Positions 1 through 9,088 are shown, counted from the first letter of the stretch. The stretch: DNA of 32,000 bases from an uncultured archaeon (GCA_964510585.1 CAZECW010000090.1:4185-36184), one strand, 5' to 3'. The notes: generated by a model from the letters alone, not told the origin. Made by a program: numbers and translations.

Positions 1-1
1 T

Positions 2-624
2 AAACCAGAAGACTTGGAAGCAGTTGACTTCGGTCTAAGCAATGGGGAACCTGACTACTTTAAAAGGGGAGTCTTGGAATATACGTACTAGTAAACGAGA
101 CCGAATGCGGAAAAATTTTATGCTTCCTCCCAAACCATTACGTGCCAGAACATCGCCACCAATCGGTGGTAGTTATGCCCAAAGGCTCCAAAATTGAGAA
201 GGGCTACATCGATTTAAAGAAACTTGGTTTTAAGGGTTTAGACGAATTTGGGGAAGAGGCTGTCTATATGGTGCCAGAAAAAGAGAACACTTCCATTCCC
301 AAGCGGGGTATTCTCATCTCCGGCAAACAGGAATACTTCCACACCATAAAGGGCACCGGCTTAATGTTTTTACTAGGAAAACCCACTGACAAACCCACCT
401 ACCCTATACCCGAAGAGCATCGTCCCCACAACATCGCACTACATAAAGTCTTCCTAGAGCCAGGCGCTGGATTCCATCTGGACGCCAAAGCGCCACACAG
501 TGTAGTTGCAGGACCTGAGGGCCGAATAGTTATAGAGTTCTCTCTGAAAAGTAGGGATCCTCTAGACATATTCACGAATCCCAAAATAGACAGAATCACC
601 CACATAGAAGAATGCCCAAAATGA
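2..624 (+). CDS. D-lyxose/D-mannose ketol-isomerase family cupin (YdaE-like); runs off the window 5' edge and appears frameshifted between nt 59 and 91
   Basis: Frame 2 from nt 2 reads KPEDLEAVDFGLSNGEPDYF (DFGL motif). Frame 1 from nt 64 reads GSLGIYVLVNETECGKILCFLPNHYVPEHRH...GKQE...LEPGAGFHLDAKAPHSVVAGPEGRIVIEFS..SRDPLDIFTNP. This matches the YdaE-type pattern DYGLG..GLQLFVYVN..YCSKEL.LFPGQTCPEHRH..GKQE..LEPG..HWFQAG.EGAVV.E.S..S.D..DIFTDP. The ORF track captures only 142..624. Confidence 0.8.
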
Positions 625-625
625 A

Positions 626-3328
626 TTGAGCGAAGTGGTAACCGTGAAAAGGAGAAATGAATCCATTCTGGTTTCTCATACTCACTGGGATAGAGAATGG
701 TACAAACCTTTCCAAACTTTCCGAGGATATATGGTGGAAATGATTGACCGCCTGATAGACCTGATGGAGAAAAATCCTGACTATAAGCATTTTTTGCTAG
801 ACGGTCAATCCATTCTTCTTGAGGACTACTTTGAGGTACGGCCCGAAAATAAGGAACGTATACGTGCTCTCGTCAGTTCGGGCCGTTTAAGTGTTGGTCC
901 CTTTTATGTTCTACCAGACATGTTTTTGGTCTCCGCCGAATCTATTGTGCGGAACTTGCTTCTGGGCATAACGACTGCCGAAGAGTATGGAGGGGCTCAA
1001 AAAATAGGTTATCAGCCGGATTGCTTTGGACAAATTGCTCAAACTCCCCAAATAATGAAGGGGTTTGCCTTTAAAGGATTCGTTTTCTGGAGGGGTTTGG
1101 GGGATGAAATGGACTTTCTTCCAACAACTTTTCTTTGGGAAGCTCCCAGCGGAGACCGCATACTTACTCACCAGATTGCAATTGGCTACTTTAATGTGGG
1201 TGACCTTCCCCAAGATACAGATGCCGCCATTACACTAATTGAAAAAACAAAAAATATGCTCCAAGAAAGAAGCAACAGAAACTTCCACCTGTTTCTTAAT
1301 GGGCATGACCATGCGTTTCCCCAAGGGAACGTGCCTCAAATCATAAAGGCCTATAATGAGAAGCATCCCGATGAGCCAATAAAGTATGGAAGTTTGCAAG
1401 ATTTTTTCAACCAGCTTGAAGAAAACACGCATGACCTACCCGTTTACAAGGGAGAGTTCCGGGGGGCACGCATGTTTCCCGTTTTACCCGGGGTTCTATC
1501 CGCCCGCATATACTTAAAACAAGCAAATCACAGATGCCAAACAAAACTGGAGAACTATGCGGAGCCCTTCTCCGCCTGGGCATGGTTCCTGGGGGAAAAC
1601 TATGATAGGAGTTACCTTTGGCTAGCTTGGAAGTGGCTTCTTGAAAATCATCCCCACGACAGTATTTGCGGGTGTTCCATTGACCAAGTTCATAGGGAGA
1701 TGGAAACTCGTTTCGCTTGGAGTGAACAGATAGCTGATCTACTCACACTAAAAGCGATGGAACGTATAGCGTCAAAAGCAACAGTTTCTGGTGAGGGATT
1801 CCCCATAGCGGTCTTTAACCCCTCCCCCTGGAAGAGAACTGGAGTTGTGGAATTCCTCTCAGAGCCTTTTCCACCCTTCACCTTTAACAGTCAACAATTT
1901 ACCTTCAACCCCTCCCTCCTTAAGAGTTTGGATTTCAAGCCAGACCGCAACTTCTGTGTCGTAGACCATGAGGGAAGAAGTCTTCCCGTGGAGTTATTTG
2001 AAGAACCCGAGAACTATGCGTTCCGATTTTTCGAGAATATGACACGTTGTACTCTGAGGTTCCTTGCCACAGATGTTCCCGCCTGCGGATACAAAATACT
2101 ATACATAAAAGAGGGGAAAGCGGAGGATGTAAACTCATCTCTCAGAGTTAATGTCAAGGAGAGAATAATTGAGAATGAACATTTGAGAGTCAAGTTTAAC
2201 CCGAATGGCACAATGGACGTAACAGAACTATCAAGTGGTGTCACATTCGCCGGACTGCACATGTTTGAGGATGTGGGTGATAATGGTGACGAGTATAATT
2301 ACTCTAAACTCAAGGAAGACGAGATTATTACCAGCGAAAATCTTGATGCTGAAATTTCGTTTGTGGAGCACCCCACAAGAGTGGATGCAATAGTGAAGAT
2401 GGAGATGCTTCTCCCAAAAAGTTTAGAGGAGGGGAACCGTAATCGCCGCTCCCGCGAAAGGATACCTCTAAGAATAACTTCGATAATATCCCTCTTCCCT
2501 GGCTCCAGATTTGTTAACTGTAAGACAGAAATCGAAAACATTGTCAAGGACCACCGTCTAAGAGTGCTCTTCCCTACAGGCATAAAGTCTGATGTTGTCC
2601 ATGCTGATGGACACTTTGGAGTTGTTGAGAGAAGTCTGAAACTTCCAGATGACACCAACTGGATGGAGATACAAACCACAGCAAACCACCAAAACCTCTT
2701 CGTAGACATAAATAATGGAGAAAAGGGCTTAGCCATAGCAAACAAGGGACTGCCTGAATACGAAATTTATGGGGAAAACGAGAGAACCATAGCCTTAACT
2801 CTTGTACGTTCAGTAGGCTGGCTGTCAAGAAACATAGACCATAACAACCGCAAAATCTTCGGAGGCCCAGCAATACCAACACCAGAAGCCCAATGCCAGA
2901 GGCGCCTTACAGTAGAATATGCAGTAATACCCCACTCCGGAGACTGGGAGGAAGCAATGATTCCCAGAATAGCCAGAGAATTCGCCTATGATTTAAAGGC
3001 AGTTGAAGTCAAGAACCCCCTACACAAGTTGCCCGCCTCCACAAGCTTTCTAGAAGTTGAACCCCCATCAATAGTTCTCTCCGCGGTTAAAAAAGCCGAG
3101 AAGGAGGAGGCCCTAATCATTCGCATATACAACACTGGAAAAGAACAAAATGCGACAATTACCCTCAGTAAACCAGTGAAGTCAGCTAAAGTAACCAACC
3201 TCGCAGAGTATGAAATAAATATGGAGAATTCAGTTTCAATAAAAGATAACAGAATCACAATAGAAAACATTTCACCATCAAAAATTGTAACATTAAAAAT
3301 TCACACCGCAGACCAACAAACTCTTTAA
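626..3328 (+). CDS. GH38 alpha-mannosidase (MngB/mannosylglycerate hydrolase-like)
   Basis: SHTHWDREWY Zn-binding motif, YQPDCFGQ nucleophile motif, HPHDSICGCSID, RSVGWLSR and PTPEAQC motifs; 900 aa; TTG start 1 nt after the upstream stop. Confidence 0.93.
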   Translation: MSEVVTVKRRNESILVSHTHWDREWYKPFQTFRGYMVEMIDRLIDLMEKNPDYKHFLLDGQSILLEDYFEVRPENKERIRALVSSGRLSVGPFYVLPDMFLVSAESIVRNLLLGITTAEEYGGAQKIGYQPDCFGQIAQTPQIMKGFAFKGFVFWRGLGDEMDFLPTTFLWEAPSGDRILTHQIAIGYFNVGDLPQDTDAAITLIEKTKNMLQERSNRNFHLFLNGHDHAFPQGNVPQIIKAYNEKHPDEPIKYGSLQDFFNQLEENTHDLPVYKGEFRGARMFPVLPGVLSARIYLKQANHRCQTKLENYAEPFSAWAWFLGENYDRSYLWLAWKWLLENHPHDSICGCSIDQVHREMETRFAWSEQIADLLTLKAMERIASKATVSGEGFPIAVFNPSPWKRTGVVEFLSEPFPPFTFNSQQFTFNPSLLKSLDFKPDRNFCVVDHEGRSLPVELFEEPENYAFRFFENMTRCTLRFLATDVPACGYKILYIKEGKAEDVNSSLRVNVKERIIENEHLRVKFNPNGTMDVTELSSGVTFAGLHMFEDVGDNGDEYNYSKLKEDEIITSENLDAEISFVEHPTRVDAIVKMEMLLPKSLEEGNRNRRSRERIPLRITSIISLFPGSRFVNCKTEIENIVKDHRLRVLFPTGIKSDVVHADGHFGVVERSLKLPDDTNWMEIQTTANHQNLFVDINNGEKGLAIANKGLPEYEIYGENERTIALTLVRSVGWLSRNIDHNNRKIFGGPAIPTPEAQCQRRLTVEYAVIPHSGDWEEAMIPRIAREFAYDLKAVEVKNPLHKLPASTSFLEVEPPSIVLSAVKKAEKEEALIIRIYNTGKEQNATITLSKPVKSAKVTNLAEYEINMENSVSIKDNRITIENISPSKIVTLKIHTADQQTL

Positions 3329-3471
3329 TTTCCACTTATCCCCTTCAATATATTGATGGCTGGAGAAGTAAAATGGTATTAGCCACTCACCTCCTAGCTT
3401 GATTTTGGAATTATCCCCTCAAGATTCAGTTGCCAAATAGGGCTTAAACTGTAAAAAATAAAAAGGATATA

Positions 3472-3512
3472 ATGTCTCTTATTTCACCGACAATTGTTTG
3501 GATAAGAGGCAT
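3472..3512. terminator. Hairpin between convergent genes, candidate terminator
   Basis: ATGTCTCTTATT (3472-3483) pairs with GATAAGAGGCAT (3501-3512): 12 bp including two G-U pairs. An A-tract at 3453-3464 gives a U-tract on the minus strand. Confidence 0.35.
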
Positions 3513-3600
3513 AATTTCTGCATTAGGTTGCCGCTTCCGGCTATTAGTGGAGTTTATTCCCTTGTATTCCGAATTGTGAACTTTAGTTTTTCTTCACTTT

Positions 3601-4647
3601 TTAGTCGAGTTGTATGGGATATTTTCCATATTCTCTGGCTGCTTCCATGAAGGCTCTCAGATTTTCTAGAGGAGTATCTGGTGGTACCTCGCATCCTGTG
3701 GCGAGCATGTACATTCCACCTGGGGCTGCTTGACGTATGCACTCCTTAACAGCCTGTTTCACATCTTGTGGTGTGCCCTCCAGCATGACTTTGACTGGAT
3801 CTACGTTTCCCACAAGAACCACTCTGCCTGCAATCTTTTTCTTGGCTTCTGCAAGGTTGACTGGGGCGTCTATGCTAAGCATTGCGGGGCCCAGTTCGAC
3901 GAGCTTGTCTATGAGGTGGCTTACGTCGCCACATACATGTAACGCGCAGAATTTTCCCTCAGCTGCCCAGGTTTTGATTACCTTTTTTAGGGCGGGGGCT
4001 GCAAACTTGTCGAATTGTTTGGGTGAGAGTGTGCCTGCTACGGGGTCTCCGAGGTTTAGCCCCAATCTAACTTCGGTTTGTGCTCTTCCCTCCTCAATGG
4101 CGAAATCTGTGGTTATATCCAGCATTTCCTGAACGTAGTCTGGGTTCTGTACAAGGTCCTTGTAAAAATTTTCCGGGCCCCTCAGAGCTGTGAGAAGGGA
4201 GATGGGGCCTGCGACAAGTCCGCCTACGCCTGCAACTTTTCTCAACTCGTTGGTTACTATTTCGCCAGCTTTGAGAATGTTGGGCAGCCTGCCGTCTTTT
4301 CTTGGGTCAGGCATTCGTATATTTTTAACGTCTTTCTTCAAATCTTTTACCGGGAAGTCTACTACCTCTGGGAGCCTATCCTCATGGAATTTTATTTTGC
4401 AGCCAAAAGCTTCGGCTTCGACGAGGGTGTCACCTAGGACAAGTACTACGTCTGGGGTGTATAGTTTGTATGCCTTAATAATGGCGTGGGCCATTGTTTC
4501 GGGATCAGTTATAAACTCTTTTATGGGTACTCCTGCAAGTCTCGCGTTTCCCGCTCCCACGGAGGGGTAAGCTGGAACCCTATCTGGTTCCTGCCTGAGG
4601 AAAACTCTCTTCATTCTCTCTCTTACGGTTAACTCTTCACCAGACAT
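3601..4647 (-). CDS. MtaA/CmuA-type methylcobamide:thiol methyltransferase (URO-D superfamily)
   Basis: PDRVP, EAEAFG, GPISLL, LHVCG and ATGCEVPPDTPLENL motifs; the H-x-C...C Zn ligands are intact; GGAGG RBS; co-oriented with a corrinoid protein gene. Confidence 0.88.
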   Translation of the reverse strand: MSGEELTVRERMKRVFLRQEPDRVPAYPSVGAGNARLAGVPIKEFITDPETMAHAIIKAYKLYTPDVVLVLGDTLVEAEAFGCKIKFHEDRLPEVVDFPVKDLKKDVKNIRMPDPRKDGRLPNILKAGEIVTNELRKVAGVGGLVAGPISLLTALRGPENFYKDLVQNPDYVQEMLDITTDFAIEEGRAQTEVRLGLNLGDPVAGTLSPKQFDKFAAPALKKVIKTWAAEGKFCALHVCGDVSHLIDKLVELGPAMLSIDAPVNLAEAKKKIAGRVVLVGNVDPVKVMLEGTPQDVKQAVKECIRQAAPGGMYMLATGCEVPPDTPLENLRAFMEAAREYGKYPIQLD

Positions 4648-4682
4648 GATTTATTTAACCTCCAATACCTCGCGTCCTTTTT

Positions 4683-5321
4683 TTATCCTAAGAGTTCTTT
4701 AGCCTTTTGGACTGCTTCCCGCGCGTCTTTTCCATAGGCATCGGCGCCAATTTTTTCAGCGAAATCTTGTGAGGTGGCGGCGCCTCCTATTAGGATTTTA
4801 ACACTTTCTCTTAGTCCCTCGCTATCTAGAGCCTTTATGGTGTTAATCATTTCAGCCCTAGCTGACGAGATAATTCCGGACATGGCTAGAATGTCTGGTT
4901 TATGCTTTTTAACATTCTCTACGAAGGTTTCTGGGGGAACGTTTTCACCAATGTCAATTACCTCAAATCCAGCTGACTGTAACATTATTTTAACTATGTT
5001 TTTGCCTATGGTGTGTATATCTGTATAAGCGGTGCCCAGTAGCACCTTGCCGTGTCCGCTCGTCCTTTTCTCTTTAAGGTGCGGTTCCAGTATCTCTAAA
5101 GCTGCAGACATGGTTTCAGCCGACATTAAGACGTCAGAAATAAAGTATTCCTTATTACCAAACTTTTCCCCAACAACTTCTATGCCCTTCATTAGTCCTT
5201 TAGTTAGAGCATCGTAGGCATCTATTCCCTGTTCTAAAGCCTCTTTTGCTGCTTCCCTTGCAAGGTCCACGTTAGCCTCTATTACTGCGGTTGAAAGCTT
5301 TTCAAAGATCCTTTCGGCCAT
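4683..5321 (-). CDS. Corrinoid (cobalamin-binding) methyl-accepting protein, MtaC/MttC family
   Basis: B12-binding cap domain followed by GTAYTDIHTIGKNIV (DxHxxG), DIGENVPPE and KILIGGA; AGGAGG RBS. Confidence 0.93.
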   Translation of the reverse strand: MAERIFEKLSTAVIEANVDLAREAAKEALEQGIDAYDALTKGLMKGIEVVGEKFGNKEYFISDVLMSAETMSAALEILEPHLKEKRTSGHGKVLLGTAYTDIHTIGKNIVKIMLQSAGFEVIDIGENVPPETFVENVKKHKPDILAMSGIISSARAEMINTIKALDSEGLRESVKILIGGAATSQDFAEKIGADAYGKDAREAVQKAKELLG

Positions 5322-5454
5322 CTGCAGTCCTCCTTCTGACGCGAGAAGTTTTTAATAAATTGTATTTTTACCTCTACTAATCAGTATTATAAACTTTTGT
5401 CCAATAAATAGTATGAATCATAAAAACCAAAAAATAAATAATTTTTTAGAAGCT

Positions 5455-6852
5455 TTACAGAAGCCCCTCCATTTTGTACCATTCCTCAGCTGCTTTGGAC
5501 ATAACTTCCCTGTGGTCTATTAGTTCCCCGCCTGCGTCTTGGAGAATCCTTTGAAACATTATGTCTGCTATGTCGCGGTTTTCCTCTACAATGTTCTGGG
5601 TCTGGTTTGGATCCTTTCTCAAATCGTAGAGGTATTCTCTGCTCCTAGAATAATTCGCTATATACACCCATTCTTTGTCTCTTGTCCAGACATAACCGTT
5701 GAAGCCAGAGGTTGCGTAGCTTCGCGCCTTCCGCTCTCCGTCTATTAGAGTCCAGAGCTCTTCTCCGTCTAATGGTGTGGGAGGTTCTATTCCGAGGTAT
5801 GTTAAAATGGTGGGTACTATGTCGTGATTGTATACGAAGCCTGAAACGCGTTTACCACCTTTAAATCCTTGGGGGTGCCGAATGAAAAGCGGTATATCTA
5901 CTAATTCGGGATAGAGGCCTCTGGGAATCTTACCTATTAAGTTATGCTCACCCAACTGGTGCCCATGGTCAGATGTCAGCACCACTAGTGATTTATCCAG
6001 CAGTTCCAGCTCCCTCATTTTTTCTAAAAATTTCCCAAGCCAAGAATCAACCATTGTGACTTCGGCTGCATAGAGTGCCTTCATGTATCTCAACTCTTCG
6101 GGTGTGAGATAATCAACACTCGTTGAGTAGTTGGGTGTGATGACTTCTCTACCAGTGTAGGGTGGATGGTAAAGGTCTCGGTATTTTTGGGGCGGATCCC
6201 AGGGCTCGTGGGGGTCAAATGAATCAATAAAGAGGAAAAATTTCTCAACATCTTTGTTTTCTTCTATCCACTTGGCTGCGGCGCTAAATACTTGGGGCGC
6301 GAAGTAGTCCTCCTCTTTTCGGCGTTCTGAAATGTTTTTGAGATACTGTGGAAGTATTGTCATCATGTGGTCACATTTTCCGCTCTGTGGTATGTAGCGT
6401 TCCAATTGTTTGGGGTCAATTTTGGGTGCAGTTTTGTAAGGGTCTGCTTCCTGGCCTCTTATTAACTGCCACTGATGGTATCCTCGATGAAAATTCATGC
6501 TCGGCTTGAAGTAGTGATACGTGTCTGTTATGAAGGTGGTGGTGTAACCGTTTCTGCGTAGAATCTCGGCAATGGTGTTTTGCGAGTCTGGAATAGGTTG
6601 CCACCCGTAAGCTTGAACCATATCTCCCCTGCAGGGATGGTACTCCTTGAAGGGGAAGGTGCGGATTCCCGTATGTATTGATCTTCTGAAGGGAATTGTT
6701 GGTAGAGATTCGGGATGTGCGTCTTCAAATATGATGCTCTCTCTGGCTAGGGCATCTAGATTAGGTGTCTTTATCCAACTGTTTCCGTATATTCCTATGT
6801 GGTCTTTTCTCAGAGTGTCAAGGAGGATTACTACTACATTCAAGCCCTTCAC
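5455..6852 (-). CDS. Sulfatase-like alkaline-phosphatase-superfamily hydrolase with Thr at the formylglycine position
   Basis: ILLDTLRKDH, PTIPFRRSIHTG (T-x-P-x-R instead of C/S-x-P-x-R), DSFDPHEPWDPP, TSDHG and LYDLRKDPNQ motifs; GTG start. Confidence 0.85.
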   Translation of the reverse strand: MKGLNVVVILLDTLRKDHIGIYGNSWIKTPNLDALARESIIFEDAHPESLPTIPFRRSIHTGIRTFPFKEYHPCRGDMVQAYGWQPIPDSQNTIAEILRRNGYTTTFITDTYHYFKPSMNFHRGYHQWQLIRGQEADPYKTAPKIDPKQLERYIPQSGKCDHMMTILPQYLKNISERRKEEDYFAPQVFSAAAKWIEENKDVEKFFLFIDSFDPHEPWDPPQKYRDLYHPPYTGREVITPNYSTSVDYLTPEELRYMKALYAAEVTMVDSWLGKFLEKMRELELLDKSLVVLTSDHGHQLGEHNLIGKIPRGLYPELVDIPLFIRHPQGFKGGKRVSGFVYNHDIVPTILTYLGIEPPTPLDGEELWTLIDGERKARSYATSGFNGYVWTRDKEWVYIANYSRSREYLYDLRKDPNQTQNIVEENRDIADIMFQRILQDAGGELIDHREVMSKAAEEWYKMEGLL

Positions 6853-7003
6853 ACCAGCTTTTATAACTGGGAAAACAATTGGTTCTATCCAAATTCCAAT
6901 GATTAAACTAAGCCGCTAATTTCCGGAGCAATACTTTAATCTAATCTGTTTAAAAATATATTTTCATTAAAAACTAATCTTTCGACTCGAAAAGGTGATA
7001 ATT

Positions 7004-7633
7004 ATGACTGCTCAGCTCGTTGAAGCTATGGCTAACCTAGAGAGGAGCGCTGTACTGGATAATGTGGAAAAGGAAATTAAGAAGGGCACAGACCCCCTAA
7101 AAATAATAGAAAGCCTCTCTCAAGGATTAAAAATTGTGGGTGACCTTTACGATAAAAAGGAATATTTTCTAGCGGAGCTTATAACCGCCGGAGACATTTT
7201 TCAAAATGCTTTTCAAAAAATAAAACCCGTACTGGAGAAAAGGGGCCTTAAAACCCAAGTCCAAGGAAAAATAGTCATAGGAACAGTGCGCGGAGACCTA
7301 CACGACATTGGAAAAAACATCGTCATCACCATGCTTGTTTCATCTGGATTCTTCGTGGAAGACCTAGGAGTCGATGTACCTGCCGAAAAATTCATAGAAG
7401 CAGTAAAGAGAATAGACGCAAAAATTCTGGCCATGTCAGCCCTCCTCACAGTGGCACTAGACGCCGCAAAAGAAACAATTAAACTGCTAGAAAAAGAAAA
7501 CCTCAGAAACAAAGTAAAAGTCATCTGCGGAGGCGCCGCTTTCGACGAAAACACCGCCAAAAGAATCGGCGCCGACGCCTACGGAAAAGATCCCCTGGAC
7601 GCAGTAAAAATCTGCCAAAAACTCCTCCAGTAA
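7004..7633 (+). CDS. Second corrinoid protein, MtaC/MttC family
   Basis: GTVRGDLHDIGKNIV (DxHxxG), DLGVDVPAEKF and KVICGGA motifs. ATG 7004 is preferred over GTG 6995 because AGGTGA lies just upstream of it. Confidence 0.93.
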   Translation: MTAQLVEAMANLERSAVLDNVEKEIKKGTDPLKIIESLSQGLKIVGDLYDKKEYFLAELITAGDIFQNAFQKIKPVLEKRGLKTQVQGKIVIGTVRGDLHDIGKNIVITMLVSSGFFVEDLGVDVPAEKFIEAVKRIDAKILAMSALLTVALDAAKETIKLLEKENLRNKVKVICGGAAFDENTAKRIGADAYGKDPLDAVKICQKLLQ

Positions 7634-7678
7634 ATAGCTACCTTCCGCCACAAATACCCTTTTTTTAATATTTCCTTT

Positions 7679-7732
7679 ATGATGCCTCCAGTAAAAAATA
7701 TAGATCCACTGATACTGGCATCATTATTTTTT
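7679..7732 (+). terminator. Hairpin plus T-tract between convergent genes
   Basis: ATGATGC(CTC)CAGTA at 7679-7693 pairs with TACTGGCATCAT at 7713-7724, followed by TATTTTTTCTTT; a separate T7 tract lies at 7660-7666. Confidence 0.4.
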
Positions 7733-7814
7733 CTTTAAAAATTCATTCATCACTAAAATATGCTTCAAATAAAAGAGGGGCGGCAATAAAGAATTAGCCG
7801 CTTCTCCATCGGAC

Positions 7815-8984
7815 CTAAAATCCTCTCATAATAGGTTCATATTCCTTGAAAAGATACCGGGATATAACGTAGCGCTGAATCTGAGATGTGCCCTCATAGA
7901 TTTGGAAAAGCTTGGCATCCCTAAACAGTTTAGCAATACGGTAATTCTCCAAATAACCACGGCCACCGTAGACCTGTAGGGCGTCAGTGGCAATCTTCAT
8001 AGAGTCCTCAGAGCCGACAAGCTTGGCTACACTGGCTGCTGTGTTGGCCTCTCGGTCTCCCCTGTCCACGAGCCAAGCAGCCTTCCAAGTCAGTAGGCGC
8101 ATAGCTTCTATACGAGCATACATATCCGCCACCATTTGCTGAATTGCCTGAAAACTTGAGATCTTGTGCTCAAAAGCTTCCCTCTGCTTAGCGTAGTTGA
8201 TAGCATACTCCATGGCGGAACGAGCCAAGCCCGTTGCAAAGGCACCAATAGCTGGACGGGTACGCATAAATGTGGCCATAGCCAGCAGGAAACCAACACC
8301 CTCCTCACCCAGCCGGTTTTCAACAGGAACGCGAACATTTCTAAGAATTACCGCTGCAGTGTCAGATGCTCGATGCCCCAGTTTCTCAAGAGGTTTACCA
8401 GTAGACAATCCCTCACTCTCACGCGGAACAACAAAGGCACTTAAACCTTCATGGCGCTTTGTGCCCTTAAGCCGAGCAAAAATCACATAGTAACTGGCAA
8501 AATCACCGTTAGTTATCCAAAACTTGTTCCCATTCAAAACGTACTCGTCACCCTGACGCTCATAGGTGGCTTTAATACCTGCCACATCACTCCCCATTCC
8601 TGGTTCTGAAGTTGCGAAGGATATGAATTTGAGTTCCTTCGTGAGTGGCGTTAAAAATTTCCGCTTCTGTTCTTCTGTGCCGGCAAGAATTATAGGTTCC
8701 GCTCCCAAATCGTTGGCGTACATTGAGGTTGCTATTCCCGGGTCGGCTGCCGCAATCTCTTCAACTACAAGCACCGACTCAAAGGATCCATAGCCCTGTC
8801 CACCGTACTGTTTGGGTATTCCCAAATTCATAAGGCCGGCTTTGAAGGCCTTTTCATAAATGGGTAGTGGAAATTCCCCACTTTTATCATATTTTGATGA
8901 TACTGGAATTATTTCTTCCAATGCGAATTTGCGTGCCTTTTCGCGCAGAGCAATCTGCTCCTTAGATAGCTCAAAATCTACCAT
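7815..8984 (-). CDS. Acyl-CoA dehydrogenase
   Basis: FATSEPGMGSDV, LNGNKFWITNG, KLGHRASDT, YAKQREAF, QVYGGRGY, RDAK and IYEGTSQIQR motifs. Confidence 0.95.
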   Translation of the reverse strand: MVDFELSKEQIALREKARKFALEEIIPVSSKYDKSGEFPLPIYEKAFKAGLMNLGIPKQYGGQGYGSFESVLVVEEIAAADPGIATSMYANDLGAEPIILAGTEEQKRKFLTPLTKELKFISFATSEPGMGSDVAGIKATYERQGDEYVLNGNKFWITNGDFASYYVIFARLKGTKRHEGLSAFVVPRESEGLSTGKPLEKLGHRASDTAAVILRNVRVPVENRLGEEGVGFLLAMATFMRTRPAIGAFATGLARSAMEYAINYAKQREAFEHKISSFQAIQQMVADMYARIEAMRLLTWKAAWLVDRGDREANTAASVAKLVGSEDSMKIATDALQVYGGRGYLENYRIAKLFRDAKLFQIYEGTSQIQRYVISRYLFKEYEPIMRGF

Positions 8985-9088
8985 AAATATCCAGCCTCCA
9001 AAAATTCATTTAGCCCTCCAATTCCAAGATTTGCTCCCCAATAAGCTTCTTTTAGTGTTGGAATCTGAAGGTTTATGTCTGAAACCAT
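8978..9088 (-). CDS. Possible 36-aa peptide bridging the ferredoxin and acyl-CoA dehydrogenase genes
   Basis: MVSDINLQIPTLKEAYWGANLGIGGLNEFLEAGYLW. Its ATG overlaps the ferredoxin stop (TGATG) and its stop overlaps the ACAD start (ATGGTAG). No homology recognised. Confidence 0.3.
   Translation of the reverse strand: MVSDINLQIPTLKEAYWGANLGIGGLNEFLEAGYLW

Noticed and set aside
59-70. Programmed -1 slippery site TTTAAAA
   Set aside because: The T-TTA-AAA heptamer is in frame 3, not the upstream coding frame 2, so canonical tandem slippage does not fit.
3345-3394. Minus-strand GGAGGTGA followed by a 13-aa ORF (MANTILLLQPSIY), reminiscent of a gene 5' remnant
   Set aside because: There is no spacer between the RBS and GTG, and the ORF is too short to support homology; it may be chance.
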